Source: Eubacteriales bacterium
GTDB taxonomy: Bacteria > Bacillota > Clostridia > Saccharofermentanales > DTU023
Length of the DNA: 64,000 nt
NCBI GenBank assembly: GCA_030537595.1
Contig: JAUNVR010000004.1
Coordinates: forward strand, 4,761 to 68,760
Direction of reading: 5' to 3'
The notes under the pieces are model-generated. The model made no database searches. It had not been told where the DNA came from and saw only the letters and a program-made list of their open reading frames with translations. Made by a program: the position numbers and the translations under genes. Of this stretch, positions 1 to 8,307 are shown piece after piece (the first letter of the stretch is position 1; each line of letters starts with the position of its first letter).

Positions 1-291
1 CAGAAAGACGGGCATAATTAATTGCAAAACGACCTTTAAGAGCAGGCCGACAAAGATGCAGGCTGCAAATTTCCGCTTTCCATAGAGGATGAAAAAACGC
101 GGCAAAAGATGTTGGACGATTAAATAGGTGAGCAGGGAAATCACATAAATCATGATTAAGCGCGGCCACTGGTCAAAGATTAAGGCTAGGTAGCCAGGCA
201 CGACCATACCACCCGGGGTGATCCCAAATAAATCATCCATAATCAGGCTCAGAGTCAGGCCTAAAACAATACTGAGATAAATATAGTTCAT
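1..291 (-). CDS. pgsC: Poly-gamma-glutamate biosynthesis membrane protein PgsC/CapC (N-terminal part; gene runs off the window start)
   Basis: Absent from the ORF track because it is truncated. My translation of the minus strand from the ATG at 289-291 gives MNYIYLSIVLGLTLSLIMDDLFGITPGGMVVPGYLALIF...FILYGKRKFAA. This matches remembered B. subtilis PgsC (GIVPAGLVVPGYL, ILYGRRKFAA). It has an ATGA stop/start overlap with pgsB. Confidence 0.8.
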   Translation of the reverse strand, partial: MNYIYLSIVLGLTLSLIMDDLFGITPGGMVVPGYLALIFDQWPRLIMIYVISLLTYLIVQHLLPRFFILYGKRKFAACIFVGLLLKVVLQLIMPVFL

Positions 292-1568
292 AGATTCTCC
301 TCATCAGTGCTAGTCCGGAAATCGTCAGGGTTCAAAGTGGAGGGTGGGAGACCTGCGAAAGCTTCTTTAATCCGAACGCGATCGGTCGCCATCAGATTTC
401 CTTCACGAGCCAGCTCCATAATCACTTCTTCACCTGCCCCGTGCAGGTTGCCAACTGCAAAAATAGTTCTACCGCCGGCTAGGGATTGAAGAATCTTGGC
501 TATTTCTGCAGTCGAGTGCTGGGTTAAATCGTAAACCCGAGTGATTTTCGGGTAGCGTCCCCGTTTAACTTCTTTAATAAAAGATTTTGCACTCTCACCG
601 ATAACCACAACTTCTGCCTCAGGTAGGAGGGGAAAGAAATCCTTTGCAAAGAGGCGGGTGCGGTCGACTCGGTCGGCCCTGGTATTAAATAAGATTAAGG
701 GATTATCTAGGGGCAAGTTCAAACGCCCGATTAAATCCCAGATTTTCAAAGAAGACTCTGGCTCATTCGCAGCAAAGGCATTGACGAAAAAGCCATTGCC
801 CTTCGCCGAGGAAATTTCCTGAATGCGCATTGCGCCAGGGTCTGGAGCGGCCTTCAGGATGCCCCTGATTGCGACATCTTCGGGGATTTCGAGAGCCTTG
901 GCGACAGCTAGTGCAGCCGCACAGTTTGCGGGGAAAATACCCTTTGCAATGAGACCATGAAGAGCTTCAGGAACCCGGTTCTCAGCAAAGCTAATGACCC
1001 GGCTACCAAGTTTTTCTGCCTCGGCACTATAATAATCAGTAAATTCATCTTCCGGGACAATAAGGATGCCATTTTCGGGAATGCTTTTTGCAAAAGCCCA
1101 GGCGATTTGGGTAGTTGTTGGACCCATCTCATCGAGGTGATCTTTAAGTGTATTGACAATCACCGTAAGCTGAGCTTTGAACATTACATTTTGATAAATG
1201 TCTTGGTACTCAGGACGGACGGCCATGCACTCGCAGACCAGGGCCTTAGCCCCGTATTTGGCAGCCCGGTCAATGACCCGTACCTGCTCCTTGATAGATG
1301 GACCTGCCGGGGGCCTGTCGATACATTCTTCGGCCTCCTGATCCCAAAAGAGCATCCGAGTTGCCGAGCCAGTGGTCTTACCGATTACTTCATAACCGGC
1401 TTCACGCAAAATCGAAAAAGTTAAACGGGTCACGGTTGATTTACCGCGAATCCCATTCACATTTATCCGTAGAGGTATTTTTTCGATGTTAGCCTGATTG
1501 CGAGACTTCTCTCGCACCCCTAGATAGGCAATTAATATGATTGGCAGGCAGATGATAAGCCAGCTCAC
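288..1568 (-). CDS. pgsB: Poly-gamma-glutamate synthase PgsB/CapB (Mur-ligase-like amide ligase)
   Basis: The ORF 288..1583 matches remembered B. subtilis PgsB along its length (INVNGIRGKSTVTRL, ECMAV.PEYQ, APDPGAMRI, RADRVDRT). I prefer the GTG start at 1568, which follows AGAGGA by 6 nt, over the TTG at 1583. Confidence 0.9.
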   Translation of the reverse strand: MSWLIICLPIILIAYLGVREKSRNQANIEKIPLRINVNGIRGKSTVTRLTFSILREAGYEVIGKTTGSATRMLFWDQEAEECIDRPPAGPSIKEQVRVIDRAAKYGAKALVCECMAVRPEYQDIYQNVMFKAQLTVIVNTLKDHLDEMGPTTTQIAWAFAKSIPENGILIVPEDEFTDYYSAEAEKLGSRVISFAENRVPEALHGLIAKGIFPANCAAALAVAKALEIPEDVAIRGILKAAPDPGAMRIQEISSAKGNGFFVNAFAANEPESSLKIWDLIGRLNLPLDNPLILFNTRADRVDRTRLFAKDFFPLLPEAEVVVIGESAKSFIKEVKRGRYPKITRVYDLTQHSTAEIAKILQSLAGGRTIFAVGNLHGAGEEVIMELAREGNLMATDRVRIKEAFAGLPPSTLNPDDFRTSTDEENL

Positions 1569-1800
1569 GCAATATCCTCTCAATCTGCTGTTAACAGCTT
1601 TGCAATTAAATTGCTAATAGTTCAAAACCACATGCTAATTTAACACCAAAGGTAGTCAACTGCAAGCTTTTAGCCCTATTTCTGGGCGAAGATAGCCTTC
1701 TCAAATCTGTAAAGAGAAAAGCAAATTATAGCTTGAATTCAAAAACTGAGCAGAGGCTTAAAAATCTCGCCCCTGCCCAGACTCTGATCCTTAAATTTTC

Positions 1801-1835
1801 TGAAAAACTTTACTCGGCCTCAAAATAGGAGGCCG
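1801..1835 (-). terminator. Putative intrinsic terminator after the zinc-type ABC operon
   Basis: A 7-bp stem (cggcctc 1815-1821 / gaggccg 1829-1835) lies just downstream, in the minus sense, of the permease stop. A T-rich stretch follows on the minus strand. Confidence 0.45.
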
Positions 1836-1844
1836 TGCTCAGCC

Positions 1845-2693
1845 TTAGAAGCCCGCAGCCTTAGAGTTTCCTCCGGCTCTGTGCAGCTCGTCATGGTGGC
1901 TAATTTTACGCAGCTTACTGTAGATACTCATAATTAGCATGCCCACAACGGCATTCAGGACGATTGCACCACCCGGCTTAATTTCATAGTAGTAAGAGGT
2001 GGTAATTCCGACCATGGTATAGATAATTCCGAGCACGATTGTAATAATCATCGTCGACTTATAGCTGCGGCTGACGAAGAGCGCAGTGGCTACCGGCAAG
2101 ACAATCAAGGAGGCGACAAGGAGGGCGCCAACAATCTTACAAGCTAGGGCAATTGTGATGGCTGAAAGCAGGGTGAAAATCCCATTAACCAGCTCAACCT
2201 TGACCCCGGCAATCCGGGCTAAATTATTGTCAATCGAAATATCGAGTAAGGCACCATAGAGGAAAATCGAGCAGATCATCACAGGGAAGAATACGATAAT
2301 TACATTGCGTAAATCCGCAGTAGTAATTGACGAAATACTACCAAAAAGATAAGACTCGAAAGTGTTACCACCAGGGGCAAAGTCCGATAAAATAGCGGCT
2401 AAACCGAGGCCTGTACTCATGATTACAGCGGTGGCCATATCGCCGTAGTGAGGAAAGCGTTTACGGATAGTCTCAATCGAAAAGCCCGCCACAATACAGA
2501 CAGCAATTGCACCCAAGACCGGGTCAAAGCCGAAGATCAGGCCGAGGGCAACACCAGCTAAAGAAGTGTGTGATAAGGCATCACCGACCATTGAGGTCCG
2601 GCGGTTAACCATCACCACCCCAATTAGGGGCACCATAATTGAGAGCAAAAAGCCCGCAAGGAGGGCGCGGCGCATAAAGTCAAATTCTAACAT
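1845..2693 (-). CDS. Metal (zinc-type) ABC transporter permease, ABC-3 family (ZnuB/AdcB-like)
   Basis: The product is a polytopic membrane protein carrying the ABC-3 motif GDALSHTSLAGVA. The start is taken at MLEFDF (ATG 2693), preceded by GGGAGA. It overlaps the upstream ATPase gene by 14 nt. Confidence 0.85.
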   Translation of the reverse strand: MLEFDFMRRALLAGFLLSIMVPLIGVVMVNRRTSMVGDALSHTSLAGVALGLIFGFDPVLGAIAVCIVAGFSIETIRKRFPHYGDMATAVIMSTGLGLAAILSDFAPGGNTFESYLFGSISSITTADLRNVIIVFFPVMICSIFLYGALLDISIDNNLARIAGVKVELVNGIFTLLSAITIALACKIVGALLVASLIVLPVATALFVSRSYKSTMIITIVLGIIYTMVGITTSYYYEIKPGGAIVLNAVVGMLIMSIYSKLRKISHHDELHRAGGNSKAAGF

Positions 2694-3357
2694 TGCTAAG
2701 TCTCCCTTCCTCCATCTTATAAATCGCATCGAAGTCGAGACCCTCAGCTAGAGTCTCAATCTCATGGGTCACGATAATCGTTGTAATCCCTTCTTCGCTG
2801 TTCATGCGTTTGATTAATTTCAAAAACTGTTCCTTACTCTCCTGGTCGACACCTGCGGTGGGCTCATCTAAGACCAGAACTTTAGTCTCATTCATCATCG
2901 CCCGCGCAATCATTGTGCGCTGCTTTAAACCGCCGGAAAGCTCCTTGAATGGCACCTTTGCAAAGTGCTTCAGGCCTAGCTCGTCTAGGACCTCGAGGGC
3001 CTTCTGCTTATGGCGGCGACGCGGGATTTTCAAGAGCCCGAAATCCTCGTAGAGATTGAGCACGACCAGCTCTAGGGTTGTAGTCGGAAATGTGATTTGA
3101 TTAAAGTTTTGCACCTGTGGCACATAGCCGATATGGCGCAGAGATTTGAGCTTTCTCACCGCTTCACCGCAGATTTTAACTTCTCCAGTGTCCGGTTTCA
3201 GTTCGCCAATAATCAGTTTCATCAAAGTCGATTTGCCGGAGCCGTTTTCACCGACCACAGCAACTAAGTCACCCTTTTCTACATTAAAGTTCAAACCATC
3301 AATAACCTTATCTGCAGTGTAGGCGAAGCTTAGATTTTTAATTTCAATATCTAGCAT
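2680..3357 (-). CDS. Metal ABC transporter ATP-binding protein (ZnuC/AdcC-like)
   Basis: Readable motifs are Walker A GENGSGKST, signature LSGGLKQR and Walker B VLVLDEP. The gene lies between the SBP and permease genes. Confidence 0.9.
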   Translation of the reverse strand: MLDIEIKNLSFAYTADKVIDGLNFNVEKGDLVAVVGENGSGKSTLMKLIIGELKPDTGEVKICGEAVRKLKSLRHIGYVPQVQNFNQITFPTTTLELVVLNLYEDFGLLKIPRRRHKQKALEVLDELGLKHFAKVPFKELSGGLKQRTMIARAMMNETKVLVLDEPTAGVDQESKEQFLKLIKRMNSEEGITTIIVTHEIETLAEGLDFDAIYKMEEGRLSNVRI

Positions 3358-3376
3358 AAATTCCTCCGCTTCTTAG

Positions 3377-4684
3377 CTATTGGCCTTTACTGAGCGAGGA
3401 ATAGAGCTTTTCTAAATTCTCGCGCATGATTTCCGTATAGTTTAATTCATCAGGATTTTCAAAAATATACTCCATCGAGGTCAAAGGCACAGCCTCCCCC
3501 TTTAATTCTTCTGCCAAAGTTCTAGCACCAGCGGGGTCGTGACCCTGCTCATAAAAAACCTCTTTAATCCCGTAATTTTGGCAAAAGCCGAGCGCCCGAC
3601 GAATCGTCTTCAAGCTCGGAGTTTCGGTTGAAACTAAACCTTGGAGTGGGAATTGAATCAGGTCGAATTCCTTGGCCAAATATTCATAGGCGTAGTGTGT
3701 AACGACAAATTCACGGCGCTTTAGATCCTTGAATTTATCCTTGTATTCATATTCTAAATCAGTCAGAGCGTCGACGGCTTTCAGCTTATTGCGGCCATAA
3801 AGCCTTTTGTTTTCAGGAAAGCGTCGGACCAACTCATCATGAATTGTGTTCAGGTATTTTTTTGCGTTGCCGAGGCCAATCCAGGAATGCGGATCGTAGG
3901 TGATTTTATCAAAGCCGGAGGTGGAACCCTCGAGCAGCACCTCAATGTCCAGAGGCTCACCATTATGGTCGCAAATTGTGTAGGGGAGTAGGCGTTCGGA
4001 AACTCGGTCTGAGATAAAAAGCCATTCACCGGCTTCGGGCAGGCGATAGAAAACCTCACCAGCCTCATGTCCCATTTCAATGGCGTAGACCTGTCCTTCC
4101 TCAACCGCAATCTCACCCTCCTGCTGAATTACGGTACCCTTAGCTTCCATCTGTTTTTTGCCGCGCTCAATAGTTTTTTCAATTTTTTCATCAGGCGAGC
4201 GGCGCATGAAGCTGACGCGCATCAAGTCTTCATGGGTGTGGCCAAAGTCGATCTTATATCGTTCCTCAGGCCTGCCCTCCTGAGCTGCGAGAAATTGGAA
4301 GTCACCAATCGCAGCGGCGCCCTTATAAGTAATTAGCTCGATGAAGTCAGAGAGGACTAAGACTTCCAAGCCTGGAATTGCATCACGGACTTGATCGAGC
4401 CATTTCTCCATGTTGGCGCCATTAACAATCAAAAGGTCTGCCTCGGTCAAAGCCTTCATACTGGCCGGGGTTGGTTCCCAGAGGTGGGGATCCTTGTCGA
4501 TTGGCATTAAAGTCCGAATATCGACAGTATCACCGGCAACTTGGCGGGTTAAGTCATAAATAGGAAAAAAAGAAGTGTAAATCAAAGGCTTATCTCCCTT
4601 GACCGAAACATTGCGGCGGCAGCCTCCGCAGAGCGGAAGCATGAGGAGTATAGCCAAGACTACACCGAGAATGCGTTTTTGCAT
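3377..4684 (-). CDS. Metal (zinc-type) ABC substrate-binding lipoprotein, cluster A-I (ZnuA/AdcA-like) with a large internal insertion
   Basis: It has a lipoprotein signal (...LMLPLCGGC) and ligand motifs DKDPHLWEP, YDPHSWIG and VVTHYAYEYL. About 140 extra residues sit where ZnuA proteins carry the His-rich loop. Confidence 0.85.
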   Translation of the reverse strand: MQKRILGVVLAILLMLPLCGGCRRNVSVKGDKPLIYTSFFPIYDLTRQVAGDTVDIRTLMPIDKDPHLWEPTPASMKALTEADLLIVNGANMEKWLDQVRDAIPGLEVLVLSDFIELITYKGAAAIGDFQFLAAQEGRPEERYKIDFGHTHEDLMRVSFMRRSPDEKIEKTIERGKKQMEAKGTVIQQEGEIAVEEGQVYAIEMGHEAGEVFYRLPEAGEWLFISDRVSERLLPYTICDHNGEPLDIEVLLEGSTSGFDKITYDPHSWIGLGNAKKYLNTIHDELVRRFPENKRLYGRNKLKAVDALTDLEYEYKDKFKDLKRREFVVTHYAYEYLAKEFDLIQFPLQGLVSTETPSLKTIRRALGFCQNYGIKEVFYEQGHDPAGARTLAEELKGEAVPLTSMEYIFENPDELNYTEIMRENLEKLYSSLSKGQ

Positions 4685-4698
4685 GATATCTGCTTTCT

Positions 4699-4732
4699 GG
4701 AAAAAATGCAGGCTGCCGGAAGGCAGCCTGCA
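4699..4732 (-). terminator. Rho-independent terminator between zinT and the SBP gene
   Basis: A perfect 11-bp stem (tgcaggctgcc 4707-4717 / ggcagcctgca 4722-4732) has a GGAA loop. A T6 run follows on the minus strand (A6 at 4701-4706). Confidence 0.7.
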
Positions 4733-4744
4733 GAGTTAATGAGC

Positions 4745-5395
4745 TTACTCAGTGATCTCTTCGAGCAACTGCTGGGTGGTGGTATTCGGCTTAACAAAGG
4801 TGGGATACCAGCCTTCTTTAGCCATTAATTCATCGACATCGTCGCCGTAGCGCATGTGGAAGTGAGTCATGGATTCTTCACCGTGGACTTCCATCATCAG
4901 CAGGACCGGATACTTAGCATCGGCCTCTTTGGCCTTAAAGACGAACCATTGCAGCTCGAAGTTACCGTGCTGCACGGTGTGTGATTCAACGAATTCGTAC
5001 TCGACAGCAGAAAGCTCTTCAGCATTCTCTGCAGCCGGGAAAGCGTTTAGGAAACGAACCTTATCGCCTTCGATAATTAAGCCGTCAAATTCACAGTGGC
5101 GTTTTTCGACATAAGCGGCCTTGGCTTCTTCTGGGGTGACATTTTCGCGCTCAGCGAGGGTCACGAAGCCTTCTTGAAGCTCTTCGTCATCCAAGTAGGC
5201 GCCCATGTTATTCCATTCGCCGTCCCACTCACTCATGCTAGCCTCAGCTGGGGCTGCATCAGCGGGTTCTTCGGCAGGTGCTGCTGCCGGTGGAGCCTCA
5301 GCGCTATCCTCGGCTGGCTGCTGCTCTTCACAGGCAACTAAGAAGAGAGAGAGTACCATAAAGAGACTTAAAAGTACTGCAAGTTGTTTTTTCAT
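4745..5395 (-). CDS. zinT: ZinT/YodA-family periplasmic zinc-binding lipoprotein
   Basis: It has the lipobox LFLVAC. The blocks SEWDGEWNNM and MTHFHMRYGDD...GWYPTF match remembered E. coli ZinT blocks SDWDGVWQSV and SSHFHIFMGND...NWPTYY. An Ala/Pro/Glu-rich linker follows the lipobox. Confidence 0.85.
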   Translation of the reverse strand: MKKQLAVLLSLFMVLSLFLVACEEQQPAEDSAEAPPAAAPAEEPADAAPAEASMSEWDGEWNNMGAYLDDEELQEGFVTLAERENVTPEEAKAAYVEKRHCEFDGLIIEGDKVRFLNAFPAAENAEELSAVEYEFVESHTVQHGNFELQWFVFKAKEADAKYPVLLMMEVHGEESMTHFHMRYGDDVDELMAKEGWYPTFVKPNTTTQQLLEEITE

Positions 5396-5445
5396 TTCTA
5401 TCCTCCCGGAAATAGTGTCGAATTGCCGAGTTCCTTCAGCCCAAA

Positions 5446-5524
5446 TTAGCTAAAATCTCCCGGCAACCCAAGTTTTTTTATTTAGCTAAAACTAAACCTT
5501 CTAGAAAGGGTTAGCCTTGGCTAA
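5446..5524. promoter_or_regulatory. Three TTAGC/GCTAA palindromes upstream of zinT (candidate operator sites)
   Basis: TTAGCTAA occurs at 5446-5453. TTTAGCTAAA occurs at 5481-5490. TTAGCCTTGGCTAA occurs at 5511-5524. They lie 51-129 nt upstream of the zinT start codon. Confidence 0.3.
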
Positions 5525-5812
5525 TCAGTTGCAGTATAAGCCGAGTAGTCACGAAAGTCAATTATAAATTGCATATCATTTATTAAATTATATCTTGAAA
5601 ACTTGTTTACTTTATATAAAAGCGTTTATCAAAACTGCAAAAGAAATTAAAAAAGCCGTGACCCTGCAGTTGTCATGTTCAGGCCTGAATTGTTCGAGTA
5701 TCAGCTAGGAAAGCGAACGGAGTGCTGATATTATTTAACAATTTGGCCGCAGAGACTGCTGAGTCACGGGCTAGCATCCCCTTCCGGGAGGAGCTACTTT
5801 TTACTTTAGCGA

Positions 5813-6679
5813 CTAGGCGCTAGGTTTGGCAAATTGCCGACGATCGGACTTTACTGAGTTGCGATACTGATGGTAGGCAAAGGCAAGGACATAAACAAAA
5901 CCCATAATCGCTGCTGTTAGACCGGCTGCGTTTAGGTTGAAGTACCAGGAGAGAGCATAGCTGACACTGCCCGTTACGAGAGCGTAGAGCAATGAGTAAA
6001 CAATCGCCTGGCCCAGACTGCGCGTAAATAAGAGCGCAAAGGAGGCCGGAATAACTAAGAAGGCAATGACTAAGATGGCACCGACAATCTCGAAAGAAAC
6101 AACTGCTGAGACTGCGACCATCAAACTCAGGCCAAAGTTCAAGAGCTGATTATGGAAACCTGCCAGGGTTGCCATCAGGGGGTCAAAGCTCGAAAGCTTA
6201 AGCTCCTTGAAGAATAGTGTAATCAGGAAGATATTGAAGATTAAAACAATTGCCAATGAGACCAAGCTGCTGGGAACACTAATCCCAAAAATCTCAGTTC
6301 TAACTAAGTCGGCAAAGGTTAGATCACCCATGATGACACAATCCAAGTCGAGGTGGACATTACGTAAATAGCGGCTTAGAAGAATTACCCCGAGGGCAAA
6401 GAAGAAGGGGAAAACGATACCAATTGAGGCATCTCCCGCAATCCCGGCCTTTTGGTTCAGGTATTCAATTAAGCTGACGGTTAAAACAGAAAATACACTG
6501 GCAGTCAAAATTAGCACCGGAGAATTCAAATCCGGGGCAATGAAGAAGCCAAGCACGATACCGAGAAGTACGGTATGGGATAGGGCATCCCCGAGCATCG
6601 CCATATTTCTGAGCACCAGGAACAAACCCGGCAAGGTCAGAGCAACAGCGGCAAATAATAGAATAATTAATCCGTACAT
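5813..6679 (-). CDS. Metal ABC transporter permease, ABC-3 family (TroD/MntD-like)
   Basis: The 288-aa product is a polytopic membrane protein with the motif GDALSHTVLLGIV. It is the last gene of the SBP-ATPase-permease-permease operon. Confidence 0.85.
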   Translation of the reverse strand: MYGLIILLFAAVALTLPGLFLVLRNMAMLGDALSHTVLLGIVLGFFIAPDLNSPVLILTASVFSVLTVSLIEYLNQKAGIAGDASIGIVFPFFFALGVILLSRYLRNVHLDLDCVIMGDLTFADLVRTEIFGISVPSSLVSLAIVLIFNIFLITLFFKELKLSSFDPLMATLAGFHNQLLNFGLSLMVAVSAVVSFEIVGAILVIAFLVIPASFALLFTRSLGQAIVYSLLYALVTGSVSYALSWYFNLNAAGLTAAIMGFVYVLAFAYHQYRNSVKSDRRQFAKPSA

Positions 6680-7561
6680 CTATAACCTCCGACTCATTCG
6701 CTTTTTACGCAGTGTACTGTGAGTGCCGATAACAATTGAAACAAGTGTGATTAGCGACAGCACAAAGACAATAGAAGCTCCGTTCGGCCAACCTAATCTG
6801 CCAAGTAGCGTGCCGAGGAAGGCAGAGACTACACCTGTCACCGCAGCGACCCTTAAGACGCCGCGGAAAGAACCCTTCCATTGTAAGCCGGCGACAGTTG
6901 GCGCGATTAGTAAGGCGGCAATCAGAATTGCACCGACGACACGTAGTCCGGTTGCAATCAGCGCGAGGATTAAAATCAGCGTAATCTGATGGACTAAGTC
7001 TGGCTTGAAGCCGGTCACATCGGCGAAGCGATCATCAAAGATTGAAAGCTGAATCTCCTTATAGAAGATAAAGAAGAGAATAATCGTAAAGATCGCAACC
7101 CCGATAATCATGTACAAGTCTTTTCTGGCAGCCAGGGCAGCTTGACCGAAAATATAGGTTTCTAGTCCAGCCTTAGGCACCTGACGGTAGTGGGGGTGGC
7201 TTTGGATTACGCTCTTCAAGGTAATACCCAGGCCAAAAAATGATGATAAAACAATGGCTTGAGCACGGTCCAGGTCAGCCTTATCAGGGCCGGCCAAATA
7301 CTCGATTAAACGGTATGCAATATAGCCGAAAACCATCGCGCCGAGCATTAGAACCCAGGGAGCTCGAGTTAAAAAGAGCATAAAAGCGAGCATGACTCCG
7401 GGTAGTGAGGCGTGACCGATGGCATCACCAATTAAACTCTGTCCTCGAAGAACTGAAACTGAGCCGACCAGAGAGGTTGCCAAAGCCAAAATCATTGCCG
7501 ACAAGGCAGGAACCCAGAAGTTGATATCTCTTAACATTGCGGTCAATTCAGTTAGGTTCAT
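6680..7561 (-). CDS. Metal ABC transporter permease, ABC-3 family (TroC/MntC-like)
   Basis: The 293-aa product is a polytopic membrane protein with the motif GDAIGHASLPGVM. It abuts the next permease gene and overlaps the ATPase gene by 4 nt. Confidence 0.85.
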   Translation of the reverse strand: MNLTELTAMLRDINFWVPALSAMILALATSLVGSVSVLRGQSLIGDAIGHASLPGVMLAFMLFLTRAPWVLMLGAMVFGYIAYRLIEYLAGPDKADLDRAQAIVLSSFFGLGITLKSVIQSHPHYRQVPKAGLETYIFGQAALAARKDLYMIIGVAIFTIILFFIFYKEIQLSIFDDRFADVTGFKPDLVHQITLILILALIATGLRVVGAILIAALLIAPTVAGLQWKGSFRGVLRVAAVTGVVSAFLGTLLGRLGWPNGASIVFVLSLITLVSIVIGTHSTLRKKRMSRRL

Positions 7562-8307
7562 GACTGGGGACCTCCGTATGCGGTATTCAGGTTCTCCTTA
7601 GTTAAGGTTGTGGCCGGGTCACCGGCAGCAATTAACTTACGGTGGAGGAGAACAGCTTGGTCAAAGCGCTGATCAACTGCTTCGAGGTCGTGGTGAACGA
7701 TGACAATAGCCTTGCCTGCAGCCCGCAAATCTTCGAGAATTTCCCAGAGGATTTCTGAGGAGCGGACGTCAATGCCTTGGAAGGCCTCGTCTAGGAAGTA
7801 GTAGTCTGCTTCCTGGGCCAAGGCTCTAGCTAAGAAGGCTCTCTGCTTTTGGCCGCCGGAGAGCTCAGAAATCTGCCGATGCTTAAACTCGGTCATTTCA
7901 ACCATCTCGAGAGCTTTGGCTGCGATTTCCTTATCCTGCTTGCGGGGGCGCTTAAACCAGGACAGACGGGGGTATCTACCCATTACCGCTAATTCGCCAA
8001 CAGTCAGGGGGAAATCCCAGTTGACTTCTGACTTCTGCGGAAGGTAGGCAATTTGCCGTCTCACATTGTTTAAGGGCTCGCCATTGAATAAGACTTCACC
8101 ACTGACCAGGGGATGCAGGCCGAGCATACCTTTAAATAAGGTAGACTTACCTGCGCCGTTCGGCCCTACTAGGGCCACCATCGTCCCGGGTTCGACGTTG
8201 AACGACAAATCCTGGACGACGGGGGCCTCTTGGTAGCGCATCGTAACATTATTGACAGTGATAGCTGCCTTTTTGTCCGATAAATTATTACTTAATCTTG
8301 CATTCAT
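7558..8307 (-). CDS. Metal ABC transporter ATP-binding protein (TroB/MntB-like)
   Basis: Readable motifs are Walker A GPNGAGKST, signature LSGGQKQR and Walker B YYFLDEA. Confidence 0.9.
   Translation of the reverse strand: MNARLSNNLSDKKAAITVNNVTMRYQEAPVVQDLSFNVEPGTMVALVGPNGAGKSTLFKGMLGLHPLVSGEVLFNGEPLNNVRRQIAYLPQKSEVNWDFPLTVGELAVMGRYPRLSWFKRPRKQDKEIAAKALEMVEMTEFKHRQISELSGGQKQRAFLARALAQEADYYFLDEAFQGIDVRSSEILWEILEDLRAAGKAIVIVHHDLEAVDQRFDQAVLLHRKLIAAGDPATTLTKENLNTAYGGPQS

Noticed and set aside
957-1424. A 155-aa plus-strand ORF lies inside pgsB. Similar long antisense or shadow ORFs include 3850-4116, 27504-27863, 33602-33937, 38653-39018, 43213-43644 and 63062-63382.
   Set aside because: All lie entirely within, and antisense or out of frame to, genes with strong recognisable homology. 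Their translations are low-complexity (Ser/Arg/Ala/Pro-rich) with no motifs or RBS.
5396-5812. The 417-bp AT-rich gap between the two metal operons could hold a small gene or sRNA. One example is a 17-codon ORF at about 5676.
   Set aside because: I found no ORF with an RBS or recognisable product, and no convincing promoter-terminator pair for an sRNA. It is most simply the zinT promoter/operator plus the 3' end of the upstream operon.
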